Shown one piece after another: positions 21,363-32,178 of a DNA stretch of 64,000 nt (position 1 is the first letter of the stretch; each line of letters begins with the position of its first letter). The DNA is from an uncultured Planctomycetota bacterium (GTDB taxonomy: Bacteria; Planctomycetota; Planctomycetia; Isosphaerales; Isosphaeraceae). The stretch is taken from NCBI GenBank assembly GCA_963845755.1, contig CAWJTV010000041.1, positions 320,001 to 384,000 on the forward strand, given 5' to 3'. The position numbers and the translations under genes are program-made. The notes below the pieces were generated by a model, which was not told the origin of the DNA, did not search any database, and saw nothing but the letters and a program-made list of their open reading frames with translations.

Positions 21363-24300
21363 ATGGCGATCGATCCCGAGCGAGTCAAAGCCCTGTTCCT
21401 CGCGGCCATCGAGCGGGGCGACCCCAGCGAACGCCGGGCGTTCCTCGACGGCGAGGTCGGCGACGACGCCGAGCTGCGCGACCGGCTCAATGCCCTGCTC
21501 GCCGCCTATGACCAACCACCCGGCGCCCTCGATCGGCCCCTCGCCGCCGATCCCGAGGCCACCGATGGGCCCGACGCCCCCCGACCCGTCTCCTCGCCGG
21601 CTCCGGCAGCGACTCCGGACGACAGCCTCACTGTGAGTTGTCCGAACGACGAAGGCCCGAACCTCATCGATGCGATCATCGCCGATCGCTACAAGATCCG
21701 CCAGGAGATCGGTGAGGGCGGCATGGGCACGGTCTACTTCGCCGAGCAGCTCCGACCGGTCCGCCGCCAGGTGGCTCTGAAGCTGATCAAGCGGGGGATG
21801 GACTCGCGGAATGTCCTGGCCCGCTTCGAGTCGGAGCGGCAGGCCCTGGCCCTGATGGAGCACCCCAATATCGCCCGCGTCCTCGACGCCGGCACGACCG
21901 CCGACGGCCGCCCGTTCTTCGTCATGGAGCTGGTCAAGGGGGTCCCCATCACCGAGTATTGCGACGCCCACCGCCTCGACCTCAACGCCCGGCTCGCCCT
22001 GTTCCGCCAGGTCTGCTCGGCGGTGCAGCACGCCCACCAGAAGGGGATCATCCATCGCGACCTCAAGCCCTCCAACATCCTGGTCGAGTCCCACGACGAT
22101 AAGCCGGTGCCCAAGGTGATCGACTTCGGACTGGCCAAGGCCACCAGCGGGATGCGACTCACCGAGCAGAGCCTGTTCACGGCCTTCGGCAGCGTCGCCG
22201 GCACGCCGCTGTACATGGCGCCGGAGCAGGCCCGCTTCAACGCGCGTAGACATCGACACCCGGGCGGATATCTACGCCCTGGGCGTGATCCTGTATGAAC
22301 TGCTGACCGGCACGACGCCGATCGCCCGCGAGTCGATCCGCCAGGCGGCGCTGGACGAGATGCTGCGGTTGATCCGCGAGGTCGAGCCGCCGACGCCATC
22401 GAGCCGGATCAGCACGTCGGACGCGCTGCCGACCCTGGCCGCCAACCGGCACGTGGAGCCGGCGCGGCTGTCGCGGCTGGTCCGGGGCGACCTGGACTGG
22501 ATCGTGATGAAGGCCCTGGCCAAGGAGCGGGAGCGGCGGTACGCCTCGGCCGTCGGCCTGGCCGATGACCTCGAGCGGTTCCTCAGCCACGAGCCGGTCT
22601 CGGCCGGCCCGCCGACGGCGGCCTACCGGCTGAGGAAGTTCGTCCGTCGCAACCGAGTCCAGGTGATGGCGGCGGGCCTGGTGCTGCTGGCGCTGGTGCT
22701 CGGCGTGGTCGGAACGACCCTGGGCCTGATCGAGGCCCGGCGGCAGGAGCGGATTGCCGACGAGCAGCGTGGTCGTGCAGAGAAGCGGCTGGTGCAAATG
22801 ACCAAGATGAACGACATCCTCGGCTGGATCTTCCAGGACCTCGACCCGGAGAACGCCGCGAAGGCCGGCAAGCCGCTGTCGGCGGTCCTGGGCGAGCGGC
22901 TGGATCGGGCGACGGCCGAGATCGAGGGGGAGGCCACCGGCGACCCGGTGACAGTGGCCCATATGCAGATGACCCTGGGCTCGTCCCAACTCGGCCTGGG
23001 CTACCCGGATCGGGCGATCGTGCTGCTCACCAAGGCCCGCGCCACCTTCGCCGCCGCGCTCGGCCCCGACCACCCCCAGACGCTCATCTGCATGAACAAC
23101 CTCGCCACCAGCTCTGCTGCTGCCGGCCAGAACGACCGGGCGCTGAATCTCTTCGAGGAGATCCTGGCGGTAAGGAAGGCGAAGGTCGGGCCCGACCACC
23201 CCGACACGCTAATCAGCATGAACAATCTCGCCGAGAGCTATTGGCAAGCCGGCCAGAACGATCGAGCGCTGAAGCTCCTCGAGGAGACACTGGCACTGAT
23301 GAGGGCTAAGCTCGGGCCCGACCACCCCCACACGCTCAGCAGTATGAATAACCTTGCCCAGAGCTATGCCCGCGGCGGCCAGAACGACCGGGCGCTGAAG
23401 CTCCACGAGGAGACCCTGGCGCTGATGAGGGCTAAGCTCGGGCCCGACCACCCCGACACGCTAATCAGCATGAACAACCTCGCCGTCAGCTATGCCGAGG
23501 CCGGCCAGAACGACCGGGCGCTGAAGCTCCTCGAGGAGGTCCTGGCGCTACGGAAAGCGAAAGTCGGGCTCGACCACCCCGACACGCTCATCAGCATGAA
23601 CAATCTCGCCGGCAGCTATGCCCGCGCCGGCCAGAACGACCGAGCGCTGAAGCTCCACGAGGAGACTCTGGCGCTGATGAGGGCGAAGCTCGGGCCCGAC
23701 CACCCCCACACACTCCAGAGCATGAACAACCTCGCCGACAGCTATGTCCGCGCCGGCCAGACCGACCGGGCGCTGAAACTCAGCCAGGAGACGCTGGCGT
23801 TGAAAAAGGCGAAGCTCGGGCCCGACCACCCCGACACGCTCCTGGCTATGATCGGCCTCACCAACAGCTATGCCGCCGTCGGCCAGACCGACCGGGCGCT
23901 GAAGCTCAGCCAGGAGACCGTGGCACTGAGCAAGACTAAGCTCGGGCCCGACCATCCCCAGACGCTCTGGAGCATGGGCAACCTCGCCGAGAGCTATGCC
24001 CGCGCCGGCCAGACCGACCGGGCACTGAAGCTCGGCCAGGAGACCGTGTCGCTGAGCAAGACGAAGCTCGGCCCCGACCACCCCCAGACGCTCTGGAGCA
24101 TGAGCCACCTCGCCGAGAGCTATGCCCGCGCCGGCCAGACCGACCGAGCGCTGAAGCTCTTCGAGGAGACCGCGGCGCTGAGTAAGGTGAAGCTCGGGCC
24201 CGACCACCCTGCTACGGTCACATCCCTCGAACGCCAGGCCAAATGCCTGGCGAATTCCGGTCAGATCGACCGCGCCGTTGCGATCCTTGACGAGGTCATC

Positions 24301-24966
24301 GCGTCGCGTCGCAAGGCCCAGGGCGAGGGCCATCCCGACACGCTTCGATCCCGGATGAACCGCGCCGACCTTGACCTGGCTCGCGGCCTGCTCGACGCTG
24401 CCGCGGCGGCCGATCGGTCGATCCTGGACGAGTGCCGCACTCGGCTTGGCGCCGACGACCGGGTCACGATCGCCGCCGGGCTCGCCCTGGCCCGGGTGCG
24501 GGCGGCGCGGGGCGACAGCGACTCGGCGGCACCGCTGTATCGAGCCGCCCTCGAATCCGCCCGCAAGAACCCGACCGACCGCGATACGCTCGCCGCGGCC
24601 CTGATGGAGTCGAGCCGGTCGCAGCTCGCCGCCGGGGACTGGACCTCGGCCGAGGCGCGGCTCCGCGAGGCACTGGCGATCCGCGAAGTCGAAAGGCCCC
24701 AGCACTGGGTGACTGCCGAGGCGCGCTCGCTCCTGGGCGGGGCCGTTATGGGCGAGAAGAAGACCACCGAGGCCGCGCCGCTGCTCCGCTCGGGCTATGA
24801 GGGGATGGCCCGGTCCGCCCCCGCAATCCCGCTGGTCAACCGGCCCCGGCTGGCCGAGGCGCTCGACCGCCTGATCGCGGCAGGGGACGCGGCGGGCACG
24901 AAGGCCGAACTCGCGGCATGGAAGGCCGAGCTGGCGAAGCTCGGTGCCGGGGGACCAAAGCCATGA
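21363..24966 (+). CDS. Membrane Ser/Thr protein kinase with a C-terminal 42-aa TPR array (frameshift near 22245)
   Basis: GEGGMG, VALKLIK, HRDLKPSN, DFG, GTPLYMAPEQ; TM helix; ten G(P/L)DHP repeat motifs. Confidence 0.92.
23060..24215 (+). repeat. Nine near-identical 126-bp TPR-coding units
   Basis: Recurring ggcccgaccaccccgacacgct...atgaacaacctcgcc...gaccgggcgctgaagctc with 126-bp period. Confidence 0.9.
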
Positions 24967-25493
24967 GCGGGCCCGGCGGCGCCGGGGACCCCGTTCCGCC
25001 CGACGGCTTCTTCCCGGCGGTCTATGACGAGCTGAAGCGGCTGGCCGCTGCCCGGCTGGCCGGAGAGCGTGCCGGGCATTCGCTCGACGCCACGGCGCTG
25101 GTGCACGAGGCGTACCTGAGACTGGGTGCGGAGTCGTTCGCCGACCGGAGCGCCTTCTTCCGCGCCGCGGCCGTCGCCATGCAGCGGATCCTGGTCGACC
25201 ACGCCCGCCGTCGCAAGGCCGCGCGGCGCGGCGGCGGGGCGCGGACGATCGCCCTCGACGGCGATGCCCCCGCCCTGGGCGCCGACCCCGACCTGGTGCT
25301 CGACGTCAACGCGGCGCTGGAGCGGCTGGCGCGGGAGGACCCGACATCGGCCGAGGTCGCCCGCCATCGCCTCTTCGCCGGGTTGTCGATCGAGGAGGCC
25401 GCCGAGGCGCTGGGCCTCTCTCGCGCCACGGCCTTCCGCGAGTGGGCGTATGCCCGATCCTGGCTGGCCACCGCGCTGGACTCGGCCCGATGA
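24963..25493 (+). CDS. ECF-type RNA polymerase sigma factor (planctomycete kinase-associated type)
   Basis: ATGA overlap with the kinase stop; VYDELKRLA, HSLDATALVHEAYLRL, ILVDHARR, HTH LSIEEAAEALG...REWAYARSWL. Confidence 0.9.
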   Translation: MSGPGGAGDPVPPDGFFPAVYDELKRLAAARLAGERAGHSLDATALVHEAYLRLGAESFADRSAFFRAAAVAMQRILVDHARRRKAARRGGGARTIALDGDAPALGADPDLVLDVNAALERLAREDPTSAEVARHRLFAGLSIEEAAEALGLSRATAFREWAYARSWLATALDSAR

Positions 25494-25576
25494 CCGGGGC
25501 CTCGTCGCCACCCGCAATCGCCGCGATACTGCGCGTCCTGAGACTCACGATCGCGGACTGGTCAGTCTGACCACCC

Positions 25577-26197
25577 TCACTCCCACGGCTCGACCTCGAC
25601 GATATCGCCGCTCTCGACGTCGTGGAACGTCGGCTCGAGCGTGTCGAGATCGATCATGGCGAAGGTCTGCGACGAATCGACCACCGGCATCGAGACGACC
25701 GAGCCGGGGTTGAGGACCAATCCTTGCCGACAGCGGTACCACATCGGGCGATGGGTATGGCCGACGATCAGCAGGTCGCAGTTGAGCAGGGAGAGATACT
25801 CGCGCAGGACTCCCGGCGGATGACTGCTCCGGTTGACGAACTCCATGTCGGAGCGCGGTGACCCATGTACGATACATCCGACGATTCGTTCATGCGAGAC
25901 GAGGATGTCGAAAGGCAACGCGCGCAAATAGTCGAGCGATTCGATGCTCGGCGTGCCGCCGCCGAACTCGTCCCGGACGCCCCAGCCGCGCTCGAGGGCC
26001 CAGCGGTCGTGATTGCCGCGGACGGCGGAGACGTCGTGCTCCTGGAGGAAGGCCACGACCCGGTCGGGGAATGGGCCGTAGCCGACGAGGTCCCCGGCGC
26101 AGACGATCCGGTCGGCGCCCATGACGGTGAGGTGGGCCCAGGCCAGCTCCAGCGCGATCGGATCACCGTGGAGGTCGGAGATCATACCGAGCTTCAT
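25577..26197 (-). CDS. Metallophosphoesterase, YfcE/MJ0936 family
   Basis: SDLHG, GDLVGYG, GNHD, HGSP, GHTH, NPGS. Confidence 0.9.
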   Translation of the reverse strand: MKLGMISDLHGDPIALELAWAHLTVMGADRIVCAGDLVGYGPFPDRVVAFLQEHDVSAVRGNHDRWALERGWGVRDEFGGGTPSIESLDYLRALPFDILVSHERIVGCIVHGSPRSDMEFVNRSSHPPGVLREYLSLLNCDLLIVGHTHRPMWYRCRQGLVLNPGSVVSMPVVDSSQTFAMIDLDTLEPTFHDVESGDIVEVEPWE

Positions 26198-26209
26198 CGC
26201 CGTGGCTCG

Positions 26210-27058
26210 TCATGAGGCTTCGGGGGTGGCGGCGGACGGTGGGGCCGGGCGGGCGAGTGCGGCCAGTTCGGCCGATCGACGCGTGGCCGCCTCGACGGCG
26301 TCGATCAAGGCACCCCGGACGCCGCCCCGTTCCAGGGCATGGAGCCCAGCGATCGTCGTGCCGCCCGGCGAGGCCACCTGGTCCTTGAGCACGCCGGGAT
26401 GCAGGCCCGTGTCCCGGACCATCATGGCGGCGCCCAGGACGGTCTGGGCTGCCAGGAGCGTGGCCACCTCGCGCGGCAGGCCGGCGCGGACGCCGCCGTC
26501 GCTAAGCGCCTCGATGATCAGGTACACGAACGCCGGCCCGCTCCCCGAGAGGCCGGTCACCGCGTCGAGCAGGGATTCCGGAACGCGGACCGCTCGCCCG
26601 ACCGAGTCGAGACAGCCCTTGACGATGGACTCGTCCTCACGGACGGTCCGCGGGCCCATCGCATAGGCCGAGGCCCCCTCGCCGAGTAGGGCCGGCGTGT
26701 TGGGCATCACCCGGACCAGCCGGCCGGTCGCCGCGAGCCCCTCATCGATCGACGCGATCGTGATCCCCGCCGCGATCGAGATCACCAGATGGTCCGATGT
26801 CACCGCGGGACGGAGCTCTTGCAGCACCTGCCGCATGCTCTGCGGCTTCACGGCCAGGACCAGGACATCACTCCGCTCGACCACCGCAAGGTTTGAATCG
26901 AACGCGGTGATGCCGGTCTCGGTTTGTAAAGAGGACCGAGCTTCCGGCAGCGGGTCGCTGGCGGAGATGGACTCCGTCGCCGCGATTCCGGCGCGGAGCA
27001 TTCCCTTGACCAGGGCGGTCGCCATCTTCCCCGAGCCGATGAATCCCCAGCGCGGCAT
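26210..27058 (-). CDS. proC: Pyrroline-5-carboxylate reductase
   Basis: GFIGSGKMA, LAVKPQ, RVMPNTP, GLSGSGPA, SPGGTT. Confidence 0.95.
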   Translation of the reverse strand: MPRWGFIGSGKMATALVKGMLRAGIAATESISASDPLPEARSSLQTETGITAFDSNLAVVERSDVLVLAVKPQSMRQVLQELRPAVTSDHLVISIAAGITIASIDEGLAATGRLVRVMPNTPALLGEGASAYAMGPRTVREDESIVKGCLDSVGRAVRVPESLLDAVTGLSGSGPAFVYLIIEALSDGGVRAGLPREVATLLAAQTVLGAAMMVRDTGLHPGVLKDQVASPGGTTIAGLHALERGGVRGALIDAVEAATRRSAELAALARPAPPSAATPEAS

Positions 27059-27085
27059 GCTATTGCGACTCCAGCAAGACGTGGG

Positions 27086-27436
27086 TCAGGCTTTCTCACC
27101 AGGGAGGATCTCAAGGTCAAATTGGATTGCCTGACTTTGAGGAGGTAGATTGCAAAGCAGGCGCAGCGAAGGGATGCGAATCGGCTTCTGCGGCTCGTCC
27201 GTCACCAGGGTCACCAGGATGGGGACGTAGCCGAACCGCGCATAGGCACGCTCGGCCACTTCGATCTGATCCGAGCCCGACTCGATCACCCGCCCCTCAT
27301 GGATCGCCACAAACTGATCGCGGTGCGTTTTCAAGAGCTCGGGCAGGAGTCGCCCGAACGCGCGTTGCTCGCTCCGAAACTTGTCCTCGGAAGGAGTGGG
27401 CAAGACGGGAGCAGGAAACGTTTCCACCGAATTCAT
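27086..27436 (-). CDS. DUF5678-like small protein
   Basis: ATG at 27436 after an AAGGGA RBS; LLKTHRDQFVAIHEGRVIESG. Fused to the upstream gene in the ORF track only because of a frameshift. Confidence 0.7.
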   Translation of the reverse strand: MNSVETFPAPVLPTPSEDKFRSEQRAFGRLLPELLKTHRDQFVAIHEGRVIESGSDQIEVAERAYARFGYVPILVTLVTDEPQKPIRIPSLRLLCNLPPQSQAIQFDLEILPGEKA

Positions 27437-27519
27437 GGCCGTGTCCCTTCGGGTTGTTTGGAGTCCGCTCAACCCATCATACCGGCGCAACCGAGTGTCG
27501 ACGACCCCGGTCTCACGGC

Positions 27520-28858
27520 CTATCGATTGAACGGATACTCGTTGATCCAGTGGAAACCCCGGTTCATCAGGAGGAAGTCCGGCTGCGGCACCCGCCGAAG
27601 CCGGGCGCGGATCTTCTGGCCGTCCATCGTCCCCTGCACGGCGAGGACGTCGGCCGTCGGCTCCTCGTACGTCAGCGTTGTCTTCCAGGCGGGATCCTCG
27701 CGCTTCGTCAGGGTGAACGACTTCTGATCCGTATCGATCTTGAGACCATAGCGCGGGCGCGCGTCGTTCATCAGTTGGATGGCGACCGTTCTGGGATGAT
27801 CGAAGACCACGCGACGCCATCGTGGGCCGTCGGTAACCAGCGGCGGGTGCGATTGCCCGTCCACCACGAATTGTTCCACGTCCCAGATGCCGAAATAAGG
27901 CGGCTTGGGGGCAAGGTCGCCGAACGCTTTGCGACCGTGATCGGCACTCTGGAGCGTATTCGAGACGAGTAAAAGGACCCACAACGTTCGAAACACGATC
28001 GTACGCGCGATTGAGCCATGTTCGTTTCCAGAGCGGACGGATCTCGGCAGGCTCGACCGGTCGATTGAAGACGAACAGCCTCGCGAGCCGGGACAGGTCG
28101 GGCACCATCAGGAACAACGCCATGACCAGCAAGTGGGATGAAAACTGCTTCACCGGCACGTCGTAGCAGAAGTTGAGCATGGTCACGTGGCTCAGGACGC
28201 CGAAGCCGATCAAGGAACCGAGCAAGGTGGTGTGACGCATGGTCAAGAGAATGCCGCCGACGAATTCGCCGAGGCCGGTGAACATGTTGTAGCCTTCGGA
28301 GTACCCCATGAACGTCCAGAGGAGGCCCATCGGCGAGGCCTCCCCGAAGGGCTGGATGAGACGGCCGAGCGGCGGGTCGGGGAACTGGGCCTTGATGATC
28401 TTGACCGATCCATAGTTGACCATATTCATCGCGAGATAGAATCGGACCAGGACCCGCAGCCAGTCGTGCAGCCGATCGCCACGATGGCGTCTCCGGTCGA
28501 AGAGCGACCAGATCGCGGCGATCCCGATCGCCATCACCAGCTCGCAAAAGACTTGCACGTAGTTGTAGGTTGTATCCCCGCTGCCATTGGGGCGAATCGT
28601 GATCACCGTCTGAAACACATGTCTGCCGACCCAAGGTACGAATGCATCCCAGAAGCGATTGGCGGGCAGTGCCTCCACGGGGAACGGGAAGATGTAGAGG
28701 ACAAAGTACGCGCAGACGAATCGGAAGAGGACCTGTTGGGCAGGTCCCCACGGAGTGCCTGGTTCGCTCGGATCCGTACCCTGGCCCTTCATCGACGATA
28801 CGAGGACGCCTGTCTCGGAGTCCCAGGGAGGCTCAAGGATAGTTGATTGCATTGACAA
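27520..28858 (-). CDS. DoxX-like integral membrane protein (frameshift near 28000)
   Basis: NGSGDTTYNY, YGSVKIIKAQF, SPMGLLWTFMG, NFCYDVPVK; C-terminal LMNRGFHWINEYPFNR. Confidence 0.8.
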
Positions 28859-28886
28859 GCGCTCGGTTCACTCCAATGTCGTGACG

Positions 28887-30011
28887 TCAATCGTCAGTCC
28901 TTTCCTCCGAACCCGCCGTGTTTTGCTCGAACCGCGACAGCTTTCGACGGAATTCCGGCCGGTCGAGCACCTCGGGGTTGACGATGTTCTCGGGAACGTC
29001 GCCCCCCGCGGCGCGTAGCATCCCGTCGGCCATGGCCTGGCCGGTCGCCTTCCAGACGTCGGAGGTTGACGCGGACCAGTGCGGGGTCAGGATCACATTG
29101 TCCAGCGCGAGCAAGGGATCGTCGAGGGGCAGGGGTTCGACTTCGAAGACATCTAACCCGGCGCCGGCGAGGCGGCGGTCGCGCAGTGCCGCGGCCAGCG
29201 CCGGCTGATCGACTAGCTCGCCCCGGCCGACATTGATGAAGTACGCCGTCGGCTTCATCAGGGCCAACTGCGATGCGCCAATCAAGCCGCGGGTCGCGTC
29301 GGTCAGGCGGCAATGCAGGCTGAGGAGGTCCGACGTGCGAAGAACCTCGTCCAGAGTCGTGAGGCGGACGCCCAGCGATTGGGCCTCGGTCGGATCGGCA
29401 TGGGGTGAGTAGGCAAGGAGGCGCATGTCAAACGGTCCGACCAGCCGCGCCAGCTCCCGGCCGCTGTGGCCCAGGCCGATGATGCCGAGGGTCCGGCCCT
29501 GGATCTCTCCGCCCAACACAGCGGCCTGGCGGTCCCAGCGGCCTGATCGCACGACGCGCTCCTGGTCCGGCAAACGCTTGGCCAGCGCGAGCATGAAGAG
29601 CAGGGCGGATGACGCCGTGGAATGGTTCAGCGCCATCGGGGCATTGAAGACCGCGACGCCCTGCTCGGTGCAAACGGCCAGGTCGATCTTGTCGTAGCCC
29701 GCCCCCGAACGGCCGATGACCACGAGGTTCTCCGCACCGTCTGCAAACGTGCTCCGCTTCACCCGGGGACGCAGCACGACCAGCCCATCGACGTCCCGGA
29801 TGTGGTCCGGCGCGATCTCGAGCGAATAGAGCCGCGACCAGTACGCCGAGTCTCCCGGCTTCGGGGCCAGGTCCGTCAGGAAGTGATGCCGGACGTGAGC
29901 GCACACCTTCAGTCGGCCCAGGCTGATGTCGCCATACGCCACGGCGCCCGACTCGTCCAGGAAGTCGCCTGTCAGCGCGATGCGGAAGACTTGCAAGGGA
30001 TCGATCCTCAT
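28887..30011 (-). CDS. D-2-hydroxyacid dehydrogenase family protein
   Basis: GAGYDKID, GIIGLGHSG, INVGRG, LDVFEVEP, TPHW. Confidence 0.9.
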   Translation of the reverse strand: MRIDPLQVFRIALTGDFLDESGAVAYGDISLGRLKVCAHVRHHFLTDLAPKPGDSAYWSRLYSLEIAPDHIRDVDGLVVLRPRVKRSTFADGAENLVVIGRSGAGYDKIDLAVCTEQGVAVFNAPMALNHSTASSALLFMLALAKRLPDQERVVRSGRWDRQAAVLGGEIQGRTLGIIGLGHSGRELARLVGPFDMRLLAYSPHADPTEAQSLGVRLTTLDEVLRTSDLLSLHCRLTDATRGLIGASQLALMKPTAYFINVGRGELVDQPALAAALRDRRLAGAGLDVFEVEPLPLDDPLLALDNVILTPHWSASTSDVWKATGQAMADGMLRAAGGDVPENIVNPEVLDRPEFRRKLSRFEQNTAGSEERTDD

Positions 30012-30247
30012 TCGAGATTCCGGATTCGAGATTCGAGATTCCGGATTCGAGATTCGAGATTCCGGATTCGAGATTCCGGATTCGAGATTCGAGATTCCGG
30101 ATTCGAGATTCGAGATTCGAGATTCGAGATTCCGGATTCGAGATTCGGGATTCCGGATTCGAGATTCGAGATTCCGGATTCGAGATTCGGGATTCCGGAT
30201 TCGAGATTCGGGATTCCGGATTCGAGATTCGGGATTCCGGATTCCAG
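30010..30247. repeat. Heptanucleotide tandem repeat: 33 units of ATTCGAG/ATTCCGG/ATTCGGG plus one degenerate unit
   Basis: Exact 7-bp period from 30010 to 30240, mostly in 21-bp higher-order units. Confidence 0.95.
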
Positions 30248-30283
30248 ACGCCCGATCTCGGTATGTCTTGAACTGACCACTGA

Positions 30284-31444
30284 CTACTGACTACTGCGTT
30301 GGGTGAACTTCGTCTGCCAATCGCCGTCCCAGAGGCTGGGGAAGGCGTTGGCGACGTACGGATGGGCGTCGATCGCCGATTCGTCGAGATCCAGGCCGAG
30401 TCCAGGTGTATCGGCGAGGACGAACTCGCCGTGATGGATTGGGTTCCAGCCGCCGACCAGGTCGTTGCGCCAGGGGACGTCGAACTCGGCGAACGCCTCC
30501 TGGATCAGGAAGTTCGGCGTGGAGACGTCGAAGTGGAGGCAGGCGGCCAGGGCGACCGGCCCGATCGAACAATGGGGCGCCACGAGGATATCCTGGGGAG
30601 CCGCCATCGCCGCGATCTTCTTGCCCGCGAGGATGCCTCCACAATGGGCAAGGTCCATCTGGACGATATCGACGGCGCGTAAGGCCGTCAGCCGGTAGAA
30701 ATCCGCCTGGGTATAGAGCCGCTCGCCGGCGGCGATCGGACAGCCGGCCGAGCGCCTGATCTCGGCCAGTAGGTCGAGGCACTCCGGCGCGACTGGTTCC
30801 TCGCACCAGGCGGGCTGGAACCGCTCGAGCCGCCGGATCATCGCGGTCGCGGTCCCCGCGCCGAGCCGGCCGTGGAATTCGATCATCAGGCCGACGTCGG
30901 GCCCCACGGCGTCCCGAACCGCCGCGACCACGCCCACGACGGCGTCGATCTCGTCGGGCCCCAAGACCTTCCAGGCCGTACCGAACGGGTCGAATTTCAG
31001 GGCGCGATAGCCCTTCGCCACGGCCGCGCGCGCCCGCTCGGCATAGTCGGCGGGCGTGCACGCGCCACCGTACCACCCGTTGGCATAGGCCGGGATCCGC
31101 GCGTGGCAACGCCCGCCCAGCAGGCGATAGACTGGCTGATTGGTCGCCTTGCCGATGATGTCCCAGAGCGCGATCTCCACCCCGCTGATCGCCGTCAACA
31201 CCGTCGAGCCGCCCTGATACTGGTCGCGGATCATCCCGCCGATCACCGCTTCCACGTCGAACGGGTCGCGGCCCAGTACCCGGCCCTCGACCCACTCGTG
31301 GGCGATGGTCTGGACGGTCCGTTCCTGCCACTCGAGCGTCGCCTCGCCGATGCCCGTCAGGCCCGTATCGGTACGCAGGCGGAGGAACAGGTAGTTCCGC
31401 AGGCCGGCGTTGGCCAGGAAGGTTTCAAAGCCGACGATCTTCAT
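30284..31444 (-). CDS. Mandelate racemase/enolase superfamily dehydratase (galactonate dehydratase-like)
   Basis: GIGEATLE, SGVEIALWDIIGK, YANGW, KFDPFG, EFHGR, EEP, GERLY, APHC. Confidence 0.9.
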   Translation of the reverse strand: MKIVGFETFLANAGLRNYLFLRLRTDTGLTGIGEATLEWQERTVQTIAHEWVEGRVLGRDPFDVEAVIGGMIRDQYQGGSTVLTAISGVEIALWDIIGKATNQPVYRLLGGRCHARIPAYANGWYGGACTPADYAERARAAVAKGYRALKFDPFGTAWKVLGPDEIDAVVGVVAAVRDAVGPDVGLMIEFHGRLGAGTATAMIRRLERFQPAWCEEPVAPECLDLLAEIRRSAGCPIAAGERLYTQADFYRLTALRAVDIVQMDLAHCGGILAGKKIAAMAAPQDILVAPHCSIGPVALAACLHFDVSTPNFLIQEAFAEFDVPWRNDLVGGWNPIHHGEFVLADTPGLGLDLDESAIDAHPYVANAFPSLWDGDWQTKFTQRSSQ

Positions 31445-31592
31445 CGTGAGTCCCGGGGTCAGGGAGTCGGTCCGATTCACGACTTGCAGGATGACGGCTC
31501 GGAGCGTAGTTTTCAAGCCGACCAAAGCCGGGGGACGAGTCCTTTCTCATCTGGCCGAAGGAACCGCGGCATCCGCCCGCGAGGGAGGGAGC

Positions 31593-32057
31593 ATGGAATA
31601 CCGCGTTGAAGTCAAGCCGGTCGAGTCACAGATGACCGCCGTGGTCCGGTTTCGAGCCCGTCAGGACGAACTCGCGCAGCTCGTCCCCGCAGCGTGCGGC
31701 GAGGTCTGGGAGTTCGCCCGTTCATCGCATCTCTCCCGACCTGGACGGCACCTGGCGCTGTACCTGGATGGCGAGATCCACCTCGAGGTCGGCGTTGAAG
31801 TCTTTGAACCTTTCGAGGGCAACGAGCGCGTGTCCTGCTCGAAGACTCCGGCGGGGCTGGTCGCCACGACGGTGCACATGGGCCCGTACGACCGCCTCCA
31901 CGAGGCTCATGAGGCGATTCACCGGTGGTGCGCAGAGAACGGACAGACGCTGGCCGGGCCGAGCTGGGAAGTCTATGGCCACTGGAATGATGATCCCGCG
32001 AGGCTCCAGACGGATGTGTTCTATCTGTTGCGGGGCGAAGGAGGGTCGGCCGGATGA
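31593..32057 (+). CDS. GyrI-like small-molecule-binding protein
   Basis: HMGPYDRLHEAHEAIHRWC, WEVY, TDVFY; GGAGGG RBS. Confidence 0.85.
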   Translation: MEYRVEVKPVESQMTAVVRFRARQDELAQLVPAACGEVWEFARSSHLSRPGRHLALYLDGEIHLEVGVEVFEPFEGNERVSCSKTPAGLVATTVHMGPYDRLHEAHEAIHRWCAENGQTLAGPSWEVYGHWNDDPARLQTDVFYLLRGEGGSAG

Positions 32058-32178
32058 GAGATCGAGGGCATCGAACGGCAAACTGATCTTGTGTATAGAA
32101 AAATCTGATGAGAAAATGGACCGACCGTAGTTTGGTGGATCGCTGGCCCAGAAGTCCAGTCACCAGCGGGGAACGACC

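Noticed and set aside
23060..24215. 126-bp repeats as a CRISPR array or DGR template/variable repeats
   Set aside because: They are in-frame TPR coding units; no reverse transcriptase is present and I saw no adenine-specific mismatch pattern.
27086..28858. Apparent DoxX-DUF5678 fusion of 590 aa
   Set aside because: Caused by a frameshift near 28000; each gene has its own terminus or RBS.
30010..30247. Possible CRISPR array
   Set aside because: Contiguous 7-bp units with no unique spacers, and no cas genes in the window.
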